Below, piece by piece: positions 31,373 through 42,597 of a DNA stretch of 64,000 bases. The notes beneath the pieces were generated by a model. That model searched no databases and was not told the DNA's origin. It saw only the letters and a program-made list of their open reading frames with translations. Location of the stretch: the NCBI GenBank assembly GCA_030610945.1, contig JAUWQV010000002.1, positions 28,633 to 92,632 of the forward strand, given 5' to 3'. The DNA comes from Methanocellales archaeon (lineage in GTDB: Archaea; Halobacteriota; UBA148; JAUWXC01). Position 1 is the first letter of the stretch. Every line of letters starts with the position of its first letter. A program made the translations under genes and the position numbers.

Positions 31373-32661
31373 AGCGCAAGACGAAACTTGACCCATGGGG
31401 CACAGTGAACATTAAAGATTATTCGAAATTATTTGATGAATTTGGTATCTCGCCTTTTGAGGATATTCTGCCCGATGTGCCTAACCCACACAAGTACATG
31501 AGGCGGCACATCATCTTTGGCCACAGGGATTATCACCATATATTGGATGCGATGAAGAGTGGTGCGCCATTTGCTGTCATGAGTGGGTTCATGCCATCTG
31601 GCCGCGTCCACCTCGGTCATAAAATGGTGATGGACGAGATTATATGGCACCAGCAGATGGGTGCGCAGACGTTCTTTGCTGTTGCAGACATGGAGGCGCA
31701 CTCAGTGCGGAAGATATCCTGGAAGGACTGCGCCGAGATTGGCAAAGACTACGTACTCAGCTTGATTGCGCTCGGTTTCCAGCCAGATGGTCGCATCTAT
31801 TTTCAATCGAAGTGCCCTGTTGTAAGAGATCTGGCATTTGAGCTCGGAGTCGAAGCAAATCTGTCCGAATTAAGTGCCATCTATGGTTTTTCTGGTGAAA
31901 CCCATATATCACATATATTGAGCACGCTGGTTCAGAGCGCGGACATTCTGCACCCTCAACTGACAGAGTTTAGCGGACCCAAGCCCGTTGTGATTCCCGT
32001 TGGAGCAGACCAGGACCCGCACATCCGCATTACAAGGGACATTGCGAACAGGATGAGGATGTTCAAAGTGGAGGCGCGCAAGGGGCACATCAGCATAAGG
32101 GCTAAGACTGCGAACAAGGCGGCCATGCACGAGATTGCCGGGAGAGTGGATGGCAAGGTCAAGGTATATGCTGAACATGTGGACGTTTATGAAAATGGAG
32201 ACATTGATAAAATCGCATCGATTGTGCGCGAGGTCGAAATTGAGTATGGGGGCTACGGCTTTTACCCTCCTACATCAACATATCATCGCTTCATGAGCGG
32301 ATTGACTGGCGGAAAGATGTCCAGCACGATTCCGGACAGCATTGTCGCGCTCACGGAATCGCCTAAAACCGCAGCTGCGAAGGTAAAGAAGGCGAAGACA
32401 GGGGGCAAAGTTACCCTAACAGAGCAGCGCCGTTCCGGCGGAGAGCCCCAGAACTGCACGGTCTACGAGTTACTGCTGTTCCACCTGCTCGAAGACGATG
32501 AACACATCGCAGAGGTATATAACGAGTGCAGAGAGGGCAGGCGCACCTGTGGAAAGTGCAAGGCGCTTGCAGCTGAATTAATGGCTAAGTTCCTGAAGGA
32601 GCACCAAGATGGGCGCGAAAGCGCGAGAGAGCGATTGGGGGAGTTTGGGTTAAAAATCTAA
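31369..32661 (+). CDS. trpS: Tryptophanyl-tRNA synthetase
   Basis: [30 protein letters not shown]. Confidence 0.96.
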   Translation: MKRKTKLDPWGTVNIKDYSKLFDEFGISPFEDILPDVPNPHKYMRRHIIFGHRDYHHILDAMKSGAPFAVMSGFMPSGRVHLGHKMVMDEIIWHQQMGAQTFFAVADMEAHSVRKISWKDCAEIGKDYVLSLIALGFQPDGRIYFQSKCPVVRDLAFELGVEANLSELSAIYGFSGETHISHILSTLVQSADILHPQLTEFSGPKPVVIPVGADQDPHIRITRDIANRMRMFKVEARKGHISIRAKTANKAAMHEIAGRVDGKVKVYAEHVDVYENGDIDKIASIVREVEIEYGGYGFYPPTSTYHRFMSGLTGGKMSSTIPDSIVALTESPKTAAAKVKKAKTGGKVTLTEQRRSGGEPQNCTVYELLLFHLLEDDEHIAEVYNECREGRRTCGKCKALAAELMAKFLKEHQDGRESARERLGEFGLKI

Positions 32662-32693
32662 GTCAGATATGCTTGTTAGGTAAAGTTTTTCAC

Positions 32694-32918
32694 TCACAAT
32701 AGTTCTCTTAGCATCTCTTTATTTATGCCTGCTTGTTTTAGAATTTCGAGCAACGTTCCCTTTGGTAAATCTCTTTTATGAAGAGGCACCACGACCCTTC
32801 TTCTCATTTCCGGGTGGTAGTAAATATGATGGCTTCCTTTAACCCGATCCAGTATGAACCCCTTCTTTTCAAGTACCTTGATAACTTTCTGAGGAGTAAG
32901 GGATGGTAGTTTAGGCAT
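32694..32918 (-). CDS. hicA: HicA family toxin
   Basis: VKGSHHIY...VVVPLH...LPKGTL. Confidence 0.93.
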   Translation of the reverse strand: MPKLPSLTPQKVIKVLEKKGFILDRVKGSHHIYYHPEMRRRVVVPLHKRDLPKGTLLEILKQAGINKEMLRELL

Positions 32919-33144
32919 GAGTCTCTACCGTCAGGGTATATTCTAAAGTTCCTTCCTCTGTTGGCATCTCCTCGCCATGCTTTTTTAAGCTCTCTGCATA
33001 TAACCCAATAGCTTCCTTTGCCATCTCTATCGCTTCTTCTATTGTGTCCCCGTATGTGATACAGCCAGGAAGAGAAGGAACTATCACTGTATAGCCGCCT
33101 TCAGGCTCTTTTCTGAGCAGAATTCTATAGTTCAGCACTTTCAT
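32911..33144 (-). CDS. hicB: HicB family antitoxin (short form)
   Basis: GGYTVIVPSLPGCITYGDTIEEAIEMAKEAI. Confidence 0.93.
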   Translation of the reverse strand: MKVLNYRILLRKEPEGGYTVIVPSLPGCITYGDTIEEAIEMAKEAIGLYAESLKKHGEEMPTEEGTLEYTLTVETHA

Positions 33145-33231
33145 ACAATTACTTCACATTGTTTATTTGTATTAAAGTTCACTTAACGGCATATCAAGGC
33201 ATTGTACTGATACTTGATGTTGCAGATAATA

Positions 33232-33552
33232 TCACCCAAAAATCATGCCCATGCCAGTTGCAGCTGAATCGTCTTCGGCCTTGATTTTTTCGATGATGTT
33301 CCTTGCCTCCTTTTCAGGCACTTTTTCTAGGGGCAGGTCTGCGAGTAGTTTGTCCATCTCTTTCATCATCTCGGGCGTTCCACGCAGATACAAGAAATAG
33401 CCTTCGCGGTCTGAACCCAGAAGCTTGCACTCCCTGACAGTGTAATCTGCCCTCTTTATGAGGTCCTCCTGTAAGGCTTTCTCAACATCCTTCTTTGCAT
33501 CGGTATTATAGAAGTATAATATTTCCAAGTCGTTTTCCTCCGGAACTATCAA
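33232..33552 (-). CDS. Uncharacterised protein with ribosomal-stalk-like C-terminal tail
   Basis: Fills the gap between hicB and pheS; protein-like composition; ends AEDDSAATGMGMIFG; start codon uncertain. Confidence 0.8.
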   Translation of the reverse strand: MIVPEENDLEILYFYNTDAKKDVEKALQEDLIKRADYTVRECKLLGSDREGYFLYLRGTPEMMKEMDKLLADLPLEKVPEKEARNIIEKIKAEDDSAATGMGMIFG

Positions 33553-33634
33553 CGTTATCCTGCGTTGATAAACTTTTTCAATTCCAGTAGTTACAAATAT
33601 AAGCGTTATCCTTTATGAGATAGGGAGTGCGACC

Positions 33635-35131
33635 ATGGCCTCAGATAAGTCAAGTACATTAACCGCCAATGAGAAACGCATATTACTGGCGCTGAACAAG
33701 GTCAAATCCGCGGGCCCACAGAAACTTGCCGCCGAATCAGGATTGCAGATCGATGCCGCGATGCAGGCAGCATTTTTGCTTGCGAAAAAAGGTCTTGCAA
33801 ATATCGTAGAAGAAACGATTGTGCTTTACTCGCCCACTCCCGAAGGAGAACTTTATGCCCGGCAAGGATTGCCAGAACTGCGCATTCTCGCATATGCAGA
33901 AGGTAAGCCCACCCCTCTAATTGAGTTGAAGGATGCATTCTCAGATAAAGAAATCAGCATCGCACTGGGATGGCTAAAGCGAAAGGGGCTGGCATCCATT
34001 GAAAAAAAAGGCAAAGAAGTTATTATTACGCCTCTTAAAACCCATAAAAAAGACCCTCAGGAAGAGGTTTTACGCTACCTGCTCGCACACCATCCAGAGA
34101 CGCTTACGAGTTACCCTTCTGCGACAATTCAGGAGTTGTTGGGGCGAGATTTAATCAGGTGCACCGAGAGAACGTCCCGCGTAATTGCCATTACCAACGA
34201 AGGGCGCAAACTCGCGCGAAAGGGCATTGAAATTGAAGAGGATATTGGGCAACTAACGCCGGACTTGATTAGATCAGGCGAGTGGAAGAAGAAGCCCCTG
34301 CGCCCGTATGACATACATGCGCCCTCCACTCGTATTTTTGCTGCCAAGAAGCACCCCTACCAGCGTTTGCTCGATGAGATGCGCCAGATATGTCTCGAAA
34401 TGGGGTTTGAGGAGATTAAAGGGAACCACATACAGGCATCTTTCTGGAACTTCGATGCGCTGTTTCAGCCGCAGGACCATCCTGCTAGAGAAATGCAAGA
34501 CACGTTTTACCTTGATTCCAAGGGAAAACTACCTGGCGAATACGTGCAGAACGTAAAAGAGATGCACGAGCACGGTGGTGATATCGGCTCGACAGGCTGG
34601 GGTGGTCACTGGAGCGAGGAACTTGCAAAAACCAACGTACTTAGAACGCACACCACTGCAATTACAATCAAATATCTCGCCGATAACCCAAATCCGCCGG
34701 TCAAGGCGTTCTGCATTGGCAGGGTTTACAGGCGCGAGGCCATTGACGCAACGCATCTTCCCGAGTTCGAGCAATTAGAGGGAGTGGTGATGGATGAGGG
34801 CGTTTCGTTTAAGAATCTGCTGGGATGTCTGGTTGAGTTTTACCATCGCGTTGGCTTCAAAGATGTGCGCTTCAGGCCTGGTTACTTCCCCTATACAGAG
34901 CCATCGGTTGAGCCCGAGGTATACGTACCAGAATTGGGCTGGATTGAACTGGGTGGCGCGGGCATATTCAGGCAAGAGGTGACCGCTCCGCTGGGAATCG
35001 AACATCCTGTTCTGGCATGGGGTCTTGGCGTTGGCAGACTGGCGATGTTGCGCCTGGGTCTGAGAGACCTGAGAGACATATATGCTCCAGATATCGACTG
35101 GCTAAGGAGGTATCCAGCATGCCAGTTATAA
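33635..35131 (+). CDS. pheS: Phenylalanyl-tRNA synthetase alpha subunit
   Basis: [36 protein letters not shown]. Confidence 0.98.
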   Translation: MASDKSSTLTANEKRILLALNKVKSAGPQKLAAESGLQIDAAMQAAFLLAKKGLANIVEETIVLYSPTPEGELYARQGLPELRILAYAEGKPTPLIELKDAFSDKEISIALGWLKRKGLASIEKKGKEVIITPLKTHKKDPQEEVLRYLLAHHPETLTSYPSATIQELLGRDLIRCTERTSRVIAITNEGRKLARKGIEIEEDIGQLTPDLIRSGEWKKKPLRPYDIHAPSTRIFAAKKHPYQRLLDEMRQICLEMGFEEIKGNHIQASFWNFDALFQPQDHPAREMQDTFYLDSKGKLPGEYVQNVKEMHEHGGDIGSTGWGGHWSEELAKTNVLRTHTTAITIKYLADNPNPPVKAFCIGRVYRREAIDATHLPEFEQLEGVVMDEGVSFKNLLGCLVEFYHRVGFKDVRFRPGYFPYTEPSVEPEVYVPELGWIELGGAGIFRQEVTAPLGIEHPVLAWGLGVGRLAMLRLGLRDLRDIYAPDIDWLRRYPACQL

Positions 35132-36726
35132 CCCTACAATATGATGACCTGAAAAAATTGGTTGGCACTGACAAGGATACAATTCTCAAGCACATACCCA
35201 TGATCGGCGCCGATATCGAACGCATTGAGGATACGTATGCTGACATCGAGTTCTTCCCGGACAGACCGGATCTCTTTTCCGTCGAGGGCGTTGCAAGGGC
35301 GATGAGGGGGTTTCTGGGGCTCGAAACGGGATTGCGCAAGTACGATATCAGAAAGTCAAACATATCAATTACAATTGAAAAATCCGTCAAGCCGATTAGA
35401 CCTTGCCTTGCCTGCGCCGTCGTGCGTGGATTGCATTTCAACTCCGCATCCATTGAATCGTTGATGGCACTGCAGGAAGACCTGCACTGGGGGCTGGGAC
35501 GCAACAGGAAGAAAGTATCCATCGGCGTCCATGACATATCCAAGGTCAAGCCGCCGTTTGTGTATAAGGCAGTCGACCCCAACACAGAGTTTGTTCCACT
35601 GGATTTTGACAAAAAGATGTCCATGCGCGCCATTCTCAAAGAGCATCCAAAAGGGGTACGGTTTGCGCACATGTTAGAGGGAGCAAATCGCTACCCGTTA
35701 ATAGTGGATTCTGGAGACAATGTACTGTCCTTCCCTCCCATCATCAATGGTACATTAACCGCGGTCACAGAAGAAACGACAGATATGTTCATTGAAGTAA
35801 CTGGCATGGATGCATCTGTAGCAATGGCACTCAATATTGTGGTCACCGCGCTGGCAGAGAGGGGCGCCAAAATAGAATCGGTTGAAATCATTTCAGATGG
35901 AAAGAGCGCTTTCACGCCTGATATATCTCCGACGAGTAGAGAGCTTAGCATAGGCGAGGTGAATTCACTTCTTGGTCTTACTCTGGATGCCAAACAAATT
36001 GCCCGTGAACTGGAAAAAATGAGGTTTGGTGCAACTGTTAAGGGGGATGCGATAGAAGTAGCGATACCCGCATACAGGGCAGATATATTGCACAACTGGG
36101 ACCTGATTGAAGACGTCGCCATTGGGTATGGGTTTGACAAATTCAAGCCCGAACTTCCCGAAACCGCTACGATAGGTAGGGCGCATCCTATTGAAGACAG
36201 GCTTGCATTGCTTAGGGAAATCATGGTCGGTCTGGGATTTTTAGAAGTCACGACATTTACCCTGACGAACGAGCGGGTGCACTTTGATATGATGAAGCGC
36301 ACACAGGCAAATGTCACAAAGGTTAAACATCCAATCAGTGAAGAGCACACGATGATTCGTTGCACTATTCTACCAAATCTGATGGGCGTATTATCGCGGA
36401 ACAAACACGTTGAGATGCCACAAAAAATCTTCGAAGTAGGAGATGTCATCGTTGACTCCAAAGATATGCAAAAATTAGCTGGTGTTTCAACTCATTCCAC
36501 AGCAAACTTCGCCGAGGTAAAATCCGTCGTTGAATCAATACTAGGGGAGCTTAGTCTCGAATATGAGATTGCCGAATCCAATGACCCTGCATTTTTAGAA
36601 GGGCGAAGGGCATCAATTCTGATTAAAGGAAAAATTATCGGAGTGTTCGGAGAAATTCATCCAGATGTTATCCTCAATTTCAGCTTGGACCACCCTGTTG
36701 CAGCGTTTGAGATGGAGATATGCTAG
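35119..36726 (+). CDS. pheT: Phenylalanyl-tRNA synthetase beta subunit
   Basis: MPVITL..., [26 protein letters not shown]...[17 protein letters not shown] before ATG 35119. Confidence 0.97.
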   Translation: MPVITLQYDDLKKLVGTDKDTILKHIPMIGADIERIEDTYADIEFFPDRPDLFSVEGVARAMRGFLGLETGLRKYDIRKSNISITIEKSVKPIRPCLACAVVRGLHFNSASIESLMALQEDLHWGLGRNRKKVSIGVHDISKVKPPFVYKAVDPNTEFVPLDFDKKMSMRAILKEHPKGVRFAHMLEGANRYPLIVDSGDNVLSFPPIINGTLTAVTEETTDMFIEVTGMDASVAMALNIVVTALAERGAKIESVEIISDGKSAFTPDISPTSRELSIGEVNSLLGLTLDAKQIARELEKMRFGATVKGDAIEVAIPAYRADILHNWDLIEDVAIGYGFDKFKPELPETATIGRAHPIEDRLALLREIMVGLGFLEVTTFTLTNERVHFDMMKRTQANVTKVKHPISEEHTMIRCTILPNLMGVLSRNKHVEMPQKIFEVGDVIVDSKDMQKLAGVSTHSTANFAEVKSVVESILGELSLEYEIAESNDPAFLEGRRASILIKGKIIGVFGEIHPDVILNFSLDHPVAAFEMEIC

Positions 36727-37502
36727 AAGCGGAGGTAGGGCGTTCGTCTGAGACTCTTTTTTATTTTTATCCCATATATTATGCCCACCAAAAGACCGCT
36801 CAAATGGGCTGTATGCGCTATCATGTCTCCTGAACCCATTAACAGGAAGTCCATTATCGCAAATAGGATGACGGCATGCGTGATTTTCATCGGAATGAAG
36901 TATACGAATACAACGATGTATGGTGCGATGATGGCGAGACAGCCAAATATGCTATATAATGCACCGCTTGCGCCCACCACAGGGCCGGAAGACGTGAGTA
37001 CATGTCCGATGCCGGCTATGACACCCGACCCAAGATATAACTCCAGAAACTTCTTGCTTCCGACCATGCTTTCAAGTCTGGGCCCAAAGAAGAAGAGGAA
37101 TAACATGTTGAAAAGCAGGTGCACAAAGCTACCGTGCAGAAACATATACGTTACCAGCGTCCACGGTCTTGCGATTACATGAGTTGGGTATAAGGCGAAC
37201 ATCTCGTTGTACAGTGGAAATCCTCGCAAAAAGAAAGATGCCACGCATATCATTAAAATCGCCTGAGAATAGCTGTATATAGGTAAGGATGGTAGGGAAA
37301 TCCTCGGACGCCTTTTCTGCACTATTTTAACCTCCCTAGGAGTTGGAGAGTATATAATCTCCTTAGATATATCCTTCAATCCTGCCAGGCCAGGGCAGTG
37401 ATGATTCTCTGGCAGCCTGTGCTCTGCGCAGAACACATCACCACAGAATTTGCATGTGAATGGTAGGTGCTCTTGCCGTCCGCATATCATACATCTTTTC
37501 AT
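36723..37502 (-). CDS. Rhomboid protease with N-terminal AN1 zinc finger
   Basis: CMICG...CKFCG...[27 protein letters not shown]. Confidence 0.93.
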   Translation of the reverse strand: MKRCMICGRQEHLPFTCKFCGDVFCAEHRLPENHHCPGLAGLKDISKEIIYSPTPREVKIVQKRRPRISLPSLPIYSYSQAILMICVASFFLRGFPLYNEMFALYPTHVIARPWTLVTYMFLHGSFVHLLFNMLFLFFFGPRLESMVGSKKFLELYLGSGVIAGIGHVLTSSGPVVGASGALYSIFGCLAIIAPYIVVFVYFIPMKITHAVILFAIMDFLLMGSGDMIAHTAHLSGLLVGIIYGIKIKKSLRRTPYLRF

Positions 37503-37593
37503 AGGAGGTTTATGCGATTACTTATTACAACAGATAAAGATTGCTCTAAAACAACACTTTTTTATTATCAGCACGCGGTAGTTCTCTAGGATC

Positions 37594-38619
37594 ATGCGAA
37601 CAATTGATTGGGACGATACTAAAAACTGCATCATATTCGTCGACCAGACCAAATTGCCTTTAGCGCGACATATCATCGAATGTGCAGATGTAAATACTTT
37701 GGCAGAGGCGATAGGTACTCTGAGCATCAGGGGCGCTCCAGCGCTTGGTGTTGCAGGCGCTTTTGGAATCGCACTAGCGGCACAGACAAGCAAGGCAAAA
37801 AGCCCCATAGATCTTGTGCAGGAGCTGGAAGGTGCTGCAGAAGTTTTACGAAACACTAGGCCAACTGCCATAAACCTGTCTTGGGGGATTGACAGAGTTC
37901 TCCGCAAGGCAAAGACCGGTCACTCGATAACCCAAGTCAAAGAACTTGCCTTAGAAGAAGCGAAAGCAATAGCGGACGATGATGTAGAGATATGTAAAAA
38001 GATAGGCGCCAATGGGGCAAAGTTACTGGAAGACGGCGACGTTGTGCTGACACACTGCAACGCTGGCAGAATGGCATGCGTGGATTGGGGTACTGCTCTT
38101 GGCGTTGTTAGGTCAGCCATAGAGGAGAACAAGAGAATAAAAGTCATCGCCACTGAAACACGCCCATTAAATCAGGGCTCCAGAATAACGGCGTGGGAAC
38201 TCTTACAAGACAACATTCCTGTCACGTTAATTACAGACAGCATGGCTGGACATGTGATAAAATCCGGAATGGTTGACAAGATTCTCGTTGGTGCAGACCG
38301 CATAGTAGAGGAAGCAGTATTCAACAAAATCGGAACGTACACGCTTTCGGTCATAGCAAAGGAGCACAAGATACCATTCTATGTTGCTGCACCCATGTCA
38401 ACATTTGACTTTGAGAAACATGCGCAAGATATTGAGATAGAAGAGCGGGGGCCACAGGAATTGAAGTACTTTGGGGACATGCAAATTGCACCGTTAGATG
38501 CCAAGGCCTACAATCCAGCATTCGATGCCACGCCAATGGACAATGTAACAGCAATAATCACTGAGAAGGGTGTGTTTTATCCGCCCCTTTCATTCGAAGA
38601 ACTTAAGGGGTTGGAATAA
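37594..38619 (+). CDS. mtnA: Methylthioribose-1-phosphate isomerase (eIF2B-like family)
   Basis: IRGAPALG, RPTAINL, LTHCNAG, ETRPLNQG, NPAFD. Confidence 0.9.
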   Translation: MRTIDWDDTKNCIIFVDQTKLPLARHIIECADVNTLAEAIGTLSIRGAPALGVAGAFGIALAAQTSKAKSPIDLVQELEGAAEVLRNTRPTAINLSWGIDRVLRKAKTGHSITQVKELALEEAKAIADDDVEICKKIGANGAKLLEDGDVVLTHCNAGRMACVDWGTALGVVRSAIEENKRIKVIATETRPLNQGSRITAWELLQDNIPVTLITDSMAGHVIKSGMVDKILVGADRIVEEAVFNKIGTYTLSVIAKEHKIPFYVAAPMSTFDFEKHAQDIEIEERGPQELKYFGDMQIAPLDAKAYNPAFDATPMDNVTAIITEKGVFYPPLSFEELKGLE

Positions 38620-38634
38620 ATAGGGTAGATATGA

Positions 38635-39297
38635 ATGACACTTGCCATAAATGTGATATGTAAGGATACGCCAGGTGTGCTGAGGGATATTGCAGGCATC
38701 GTGGCAAAACATGGCGGCAATATAGCCTATACACAGCAGTTCATCTTTGAGAGGGGCGTTCACAAGGGAAAAGGCTCCATTTATATGGAAATCGATGGAG
38801 TAACGGACTCAGGCGCACTCGTATCCGATTTAACCTCACAGGATGTCGTACACGAGGTTGTCACTTCACCTTCCTTCCAAGAGGTTTATGGCTCTAGGGT
38901 GATAGTAATCGGCGGCGGCGCACAGGTTGCACAGGTTGCGATGGGTGCGGTTAGCGAGGCGGACAGGCACAACATCAGGGGCGAGCATATCAGCGTTGAT
39001 ACGATTCCGCTGGTGGGCGAGAACGCTATTGCAGATGCAGTAAATGCTGTCTCACGCCTTCACAGAGCGTCTGTCTTAGTGCTCGCCGGTTCGCTGATGG
39101 GTGGGCGCATCACAAAAGAAGTTAAAAAGTTGCGCGAGGTGGGCATCCCGGTAATCGCGCTTAACATGGCAGGAAGCGTGCCAGAAGCTGCGGATTTGGT
39201 TGTTACTGACCCTGTCCAAGCTGGCACGTTTGCAGTGATGCACATGGCGAAAACCGCCAAGTTCGACATCAACAAGGTCAAAGGGCGACGATTTTAG
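38635..39297 (+). CDS. ACT-domain protein (DUF5612-like)
   Basis: PGVLRDIAG ACT motif; GGGAQVAQVAMGAVSEADRHNIRGE. Confidence 0.85.
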   Translation: MTLAINVICKDTPGVLRDIAGIVAKHGGNIAYTQQFIFERGVHKGKGSIYMEIDGVTDSGALVSDLTSQDVVHEVVTSPSFQEVYGSRVIVIGGGAQVAQVAMGAVSEADRHNIRGEHISVDTIPLVGENAIADAVNAVSRLHRASVLVLAGSLMGGRITKEVKKLREVGIPVIALNMAGSVPEAADLVVTDPVQAGTFAVMHMAKTAKFDINKVKGRRF

Positions 39298-40055
39298 AAT
39301 AGTCTAGAGAGCAAAGACTTTTTCACATTACACAGGTCGATGAAAACGCAGGATTCACACAGAACTTTTCTTGGTTTACCTGGGAGCGTGCCATCTATGA
39401 CCTTTTGGGTCCTGTCCTTGATTCGAAGTGCCATCTTTTTATCGGCTTGTTTGATGCCAACATCGCGAAATTCACCATGTCTAGCGTATTCGATTAGACC
39501 GCGAGAAACAGGACAGTTAAATGTCTCCTCGATCAGGAGTGCGTACGCGGCCAATTGAATTCGTTCATCCTTCCATGCTCCGTATTCAGGTTTGTTACCA
39601 GTTTTGATAATAGATGGAATAATCTCACCATCAATTAACACTAATTTATCGGGGCGGCCTGACATATCGAAGTGGTCAGAATGCATTTGATATTCCTTTT
39701 CCCATGGCGTGATCCGCTGAAGCAGCACATCTCTGCCAAGTGCATCAATGAGATTTTCTATACCGGCCACGATATCGTCGACATTGATGTTTGATACGGC
39801 CCCTATAATCTGTGATTTTTCTATCGCACCTAATTCGCCTTGCGCATCACTTGCGATACTACTTAAATGAGTGGACAATTTACACAGATTGTCATTTTTA
39901 ATCAACAAAGGAAATTTGTAGGCGAGTTCTTTGAGCAGTAGATGTTCTATATACCTAGTAGCAGTCGCTTCATTCAACTTATGCCCCCGCGACACGAAAT
40001 ACACTTGGCGTGGACAAGACAAATATAGAACTAGATCAGACACCCTAATAGTCAA
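39294..40055 (-). CDS. Solo Cas4/Dna2-like PD-(D/E)XK nuclease
   Basis: N-terminal CPRQ, GRPDKL, IKTG, QLAAY, C-terminal CESC...C Fe-S cysteines; no CRISPR array or other cas genes in the window. Confidence 0.85.
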   Translation of the reverse strand: MTIRVSDLVLYLSCPRQVYFVSRGHKLNEATATRYIEHLLLKELAYKFPLLIKNDNLCKLSTHLSSIASDAQGELGAIEKSQIIGAVSNINVDDIVAGIENLIDALGRDVLLQRITPWEKEYQMHSDHFDMSGRPDKLVLIDGEIIPSIIKTGNKPEYGAWKDERIQLAAYALLIEETFNCPVSRGLIEYARHGEFRDVGIKQADKKMALRIKDRTQKVIDGTLPGKPRKVLCESCVFIDLCNVKKSLLSRLF

Positions 40056-41164
40056 TCTCTCAATCCCTTCAAGATATCGTCAGCATTTTTAACCGAGATA
40101 AGCCTGCTCCTGCCCCTGGTGCCCTTGCTAGAATAACGTGTATTGATGAGTTTGGTCGCATCTAGCTTGTTCAGCATTTCATGAAATCGCGTGTATCTCA
40201 GGTTTGTCTTTTCCTGAAACTGTTTATAGAGTGCCCCTGCCCTGACCTCTTCACCCTCCGCGATTAGCCGGAGCAGTACCTTTTCTTCATCTCCCAGCGA
40301 TGAGATGGCGTGTTGTATATGCACAGATCTTGAGCTTTCGTATGCTTCATTAACGTCTTCCTGCGATATGCACTTACTGGCTCTGCGCTCCGCATTAAGT
40401 CCAGCCTTCTTGAGCAGGTCGATGCCCACCCTCAAATCACCAGAACTTTCGACATATTCAACGATTTTGTCCAAAATGTCCTCTGGAATCACGCCAGGGA
40501 AAAATCCGTATTGGATTCTATTTGATAGTATGTCATGGATCTCATCTTGCGTGTATGGCAAAAAGAGAATTTCGCGCGGCAGAAATACAGATGCAACCCT
40601 TGGATCCAATTGATACTGCATCTTTATATCACTCAAGACGCCGATGACGCCAATTCTTGCCTTGGGCTGCACTTCATGTGCCCGCAGGAGTGTATATAGC
40701 ACGTCATTTACCTCACTTTCATAAAACAAGTAATTGATATCATCCAGGGCAACAACCAACACTTTCTCTTTTTCTATTAGGTACTTGACAATTTTCTCAA
40801 ATATCTTTTTAAATGAAACGCCAGATGATGGTGGAGTAAACCCATAGATTTTCTGGAATATTCTAGAGAAAATCTCGTACTTCGTATTGTTGACCTGGCA
40901 ATTAATGTGAACAGGAATTACCGATGCTGTGTGCTTCTCAATTTCTTCAAATATTTTGAGTATGGCAGTGGTCTTTCCGGTGCCTGGCGGACCCAAACAG
41001 AGCGTGTTAACGGGCCTCATGCCCTTCATAGCAGGACGGATGCTGAACATCAGCTCCTCTATCTGAGATTCCCTGTGCCGAAAGTGCTCTGGCACATAGT
41101 CTAACTCAAACATCTCGCCATTTTTGAAGACGGTCTGATCCCACGATAGCACATTCCCTAACAT
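40052..41164 (-). CDS. cdc6: Orc1/Cdc6 replication initiator
   Basis: GPPGTGKT, LDDIN, GDLRVGIDLL, C-terminal wHTH GTRGRSR. Confidence 0.95.
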   Translation of the reverse strand: MLGNVLSWDQTVFKNGEMFELDYVPEHFRHRESQIEELMFSIRPAMKGMRPVNTLCLGPPGTGKTTAILKIFEEIEKHTASVIPVHINCQVNNTKYEIFSRIFQKIYGFTPPSSGVSFKKIFEKIVKYLIEKEKVLVVALDDINYLFYESEVNDVLYTLLRAHEVQPKARIGVIGVLSDIKMQYQLDPRVASVFLPREILFLPYTQDEIHDILSNRIQYGFFPGVIPEDILDKIVEYVESSGDLRVGIDLLKKAGLNAERRASKCISQEDVNEAYESSRSVHIQHAISSLGDEEKVLLRLIAEGEEVRAGALYKQFQEKTNLRYTRFHEMLNKLDATKLINTRYSSKGTRGRSRLISVKNADDILKGLRD

Positions 41165-41291
41165 CTTGAGCTCCTAAGAATACTTTCGCCCTACTCTCAG
41201 ATTACTTTTTTTATACTTATTCTTTTAGTGACGTTAATTAGACATAGGGCTATTACCAATCACCAAAATATTATAATTGTGGAGATGAAAA

Positions 41292-41756
41292 ATGACGGAC
41301 TTTGAGCGGGAAATAGTCAAATCTTTTAATCAGTTTTTTAAGCAGGGTGGAGTGGAAGGCATCGCTTATAGGCTAAAGCAACATAGGTTCACATCACAGA
41401 TGCTTGACGTTTTGGTTGACTCTCCCCATAAGAATTTCTACTTGGGCATCGAATGCAAGAGCGTATCAACTAAAAAAGGGGCTGCTGCACTCTATTTTAC
41501 CCAACATTTTGGCACCGGCCAGATTCTGCGCATAGATGAATTTATCAAAAAGTCTGGTAGAAGGGGGATTTTGGCGGTCGAGCTCAGAAGAGGCAGCGGC
41601 AAAACAAGAGAGGCACATATTATAAACTGGACGGAATTGAGAAAACGGTATGCCAAGGGTTTAGTCGGCTTTACCGTAAATGAAATTGTGCAGTTTCCAG
41701 AAATACGCAGGAAGGGGGGGCGCTACATAATTGTGCCTGAAGCATGGAGGGATTGA
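41292..41756 (+). CDS. Holliday-junction-resolvase-like PD-(D/E)XK nuclease
   Basis: FEREIV...DVLVD...GIECKS. Confidence 0.7.
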   Translation: MTDFEREIVKSFNQFFKQGGVEGIAYRLKQHRFTSQMLDVLVDSPHKNFYLGIECKSVSTKKGAAALYFTQHFGTGQILRIDEFIKKSGRRGILAVELRRGSGKTREAHIINWTELRKRYAKGLVGFTVNEIVQFPEIRRKGGRYIIVPEAWRD

Positions 41757-41757
41757 G

Positions 41758-42597
41758 ATGATGCCGATTACTGATGACCACATGCACATCGACTTGAAGG
41801 GGCTTGGCATCACAGCTGCCGAGCAGTTTCAGAGGGCAGGAGGCACACACATATTTTTGGTCTCAAAGACGGCACAGAGTTTTGGCATAGAGGTTACATC
41901 TCCTGACGATTTCAAATCAGTGTTTGAACAGACCATAAGAATCGTGGAGATGGTCAATGAACAGACCGAGGTAACGGCCTTTCCAATTCTTGGAATTCAC
42001 CCCGTAGAACTCACAAGATTAGCGAAGCGCTTTGAGTTGGATAAAGCCAAACAAGTGATATACCGTGGTTTAGAAATTGCCATCGATTTTGTAAAAGAGG
42101 GGCATGCGATAGCAATCAAGACAGGCAGGCCTCACTACGAAGTCAGCGATGCCGAATGGTATGCATCCAATGAAATCATGTCTTATGGGATGAAATTGGC
42201 AAGCGAAGTGGGGTGCGCTGTTCAACTGCATACTGAGAGCACAACTCCAGAGGGATTGACAGAGATAGCCAAGATGGCAAGTAATGCTGGATTGACCCCG
42301 GACAAAATAGTCAAGCATTACTCTCCCCCAATGATATCCGCCTATCAAAGTACTGGCATTTTTCCGTCAATACTCGCCAGTGAAGATGCGCTGAATGTCG
42401 CTTTATCACAAGGGGACAGATTCATGATGGAAACCGATTATATTGATGACTTTGACAGGCCGGGCGTCGTTCTCGGGCCAAAAACTGTTCCACGCAGGAC
42501 GAAGCAGTTTATCAAAAAAGGCATTGATGAAGACGTATTTTGGGCCATCCACAAAGACCATCCAGAAAAAGTATATGGGGTTATGATAGATATTTGA
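41758..42597 (+). CDS. TatD-family metallohydrolase
   Basis: DDHMH, GIHP, GRPHY, QLHTE, ETDYIDD. Confidence 0.9.
   Translation: MMPITDDHMHIDLKGLGITAAEQFQRAGGTHIFLVSKTAQSFGIEVTSPDDFKSVFEQTIRIVEMVNEQTEVTAFPILGIHPVELTRLAKRFELDKAKQVIYRGLEIAIDFVKEGHAIAIKTGRPHYEVSDAEWYASNEIMSYGMKLASEVGCAVQLHTESTTPEGLTEIAKMASNAGLTPDKIVKHYSPPMISAYQSTGIFPSILASEDALNVALSQGDRFMMETDYIDDFDRPGVVLGPKTVPRRTKQFIKKGIDEDVFWAIHKDHPEKVYGVMIDI

Noticed and set aside
35017..35118. N-terminal extensions in the ORF track for pheT (also mcm, thyA, mesA, mtrA, ABC ATPase)
   Set aside because: They overlap upstream genes or promoters; downstream ATGs match family N-termini, SD sites or stop-start overlaps.
39294..40055. CRISPR-Cas system implied by the Cas4-like gene
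   Set aside because: No repeat-spacer array and no cas1/cas2 or effector genes in the window.
41165..41291. Replication origin upstream of cdc6
   Set aside because: AT-rich but only about 127 bp, and no ORB-like repeats (TTCCAGTGGAAA with G-string) could be seen; consistent with divergent promoters.
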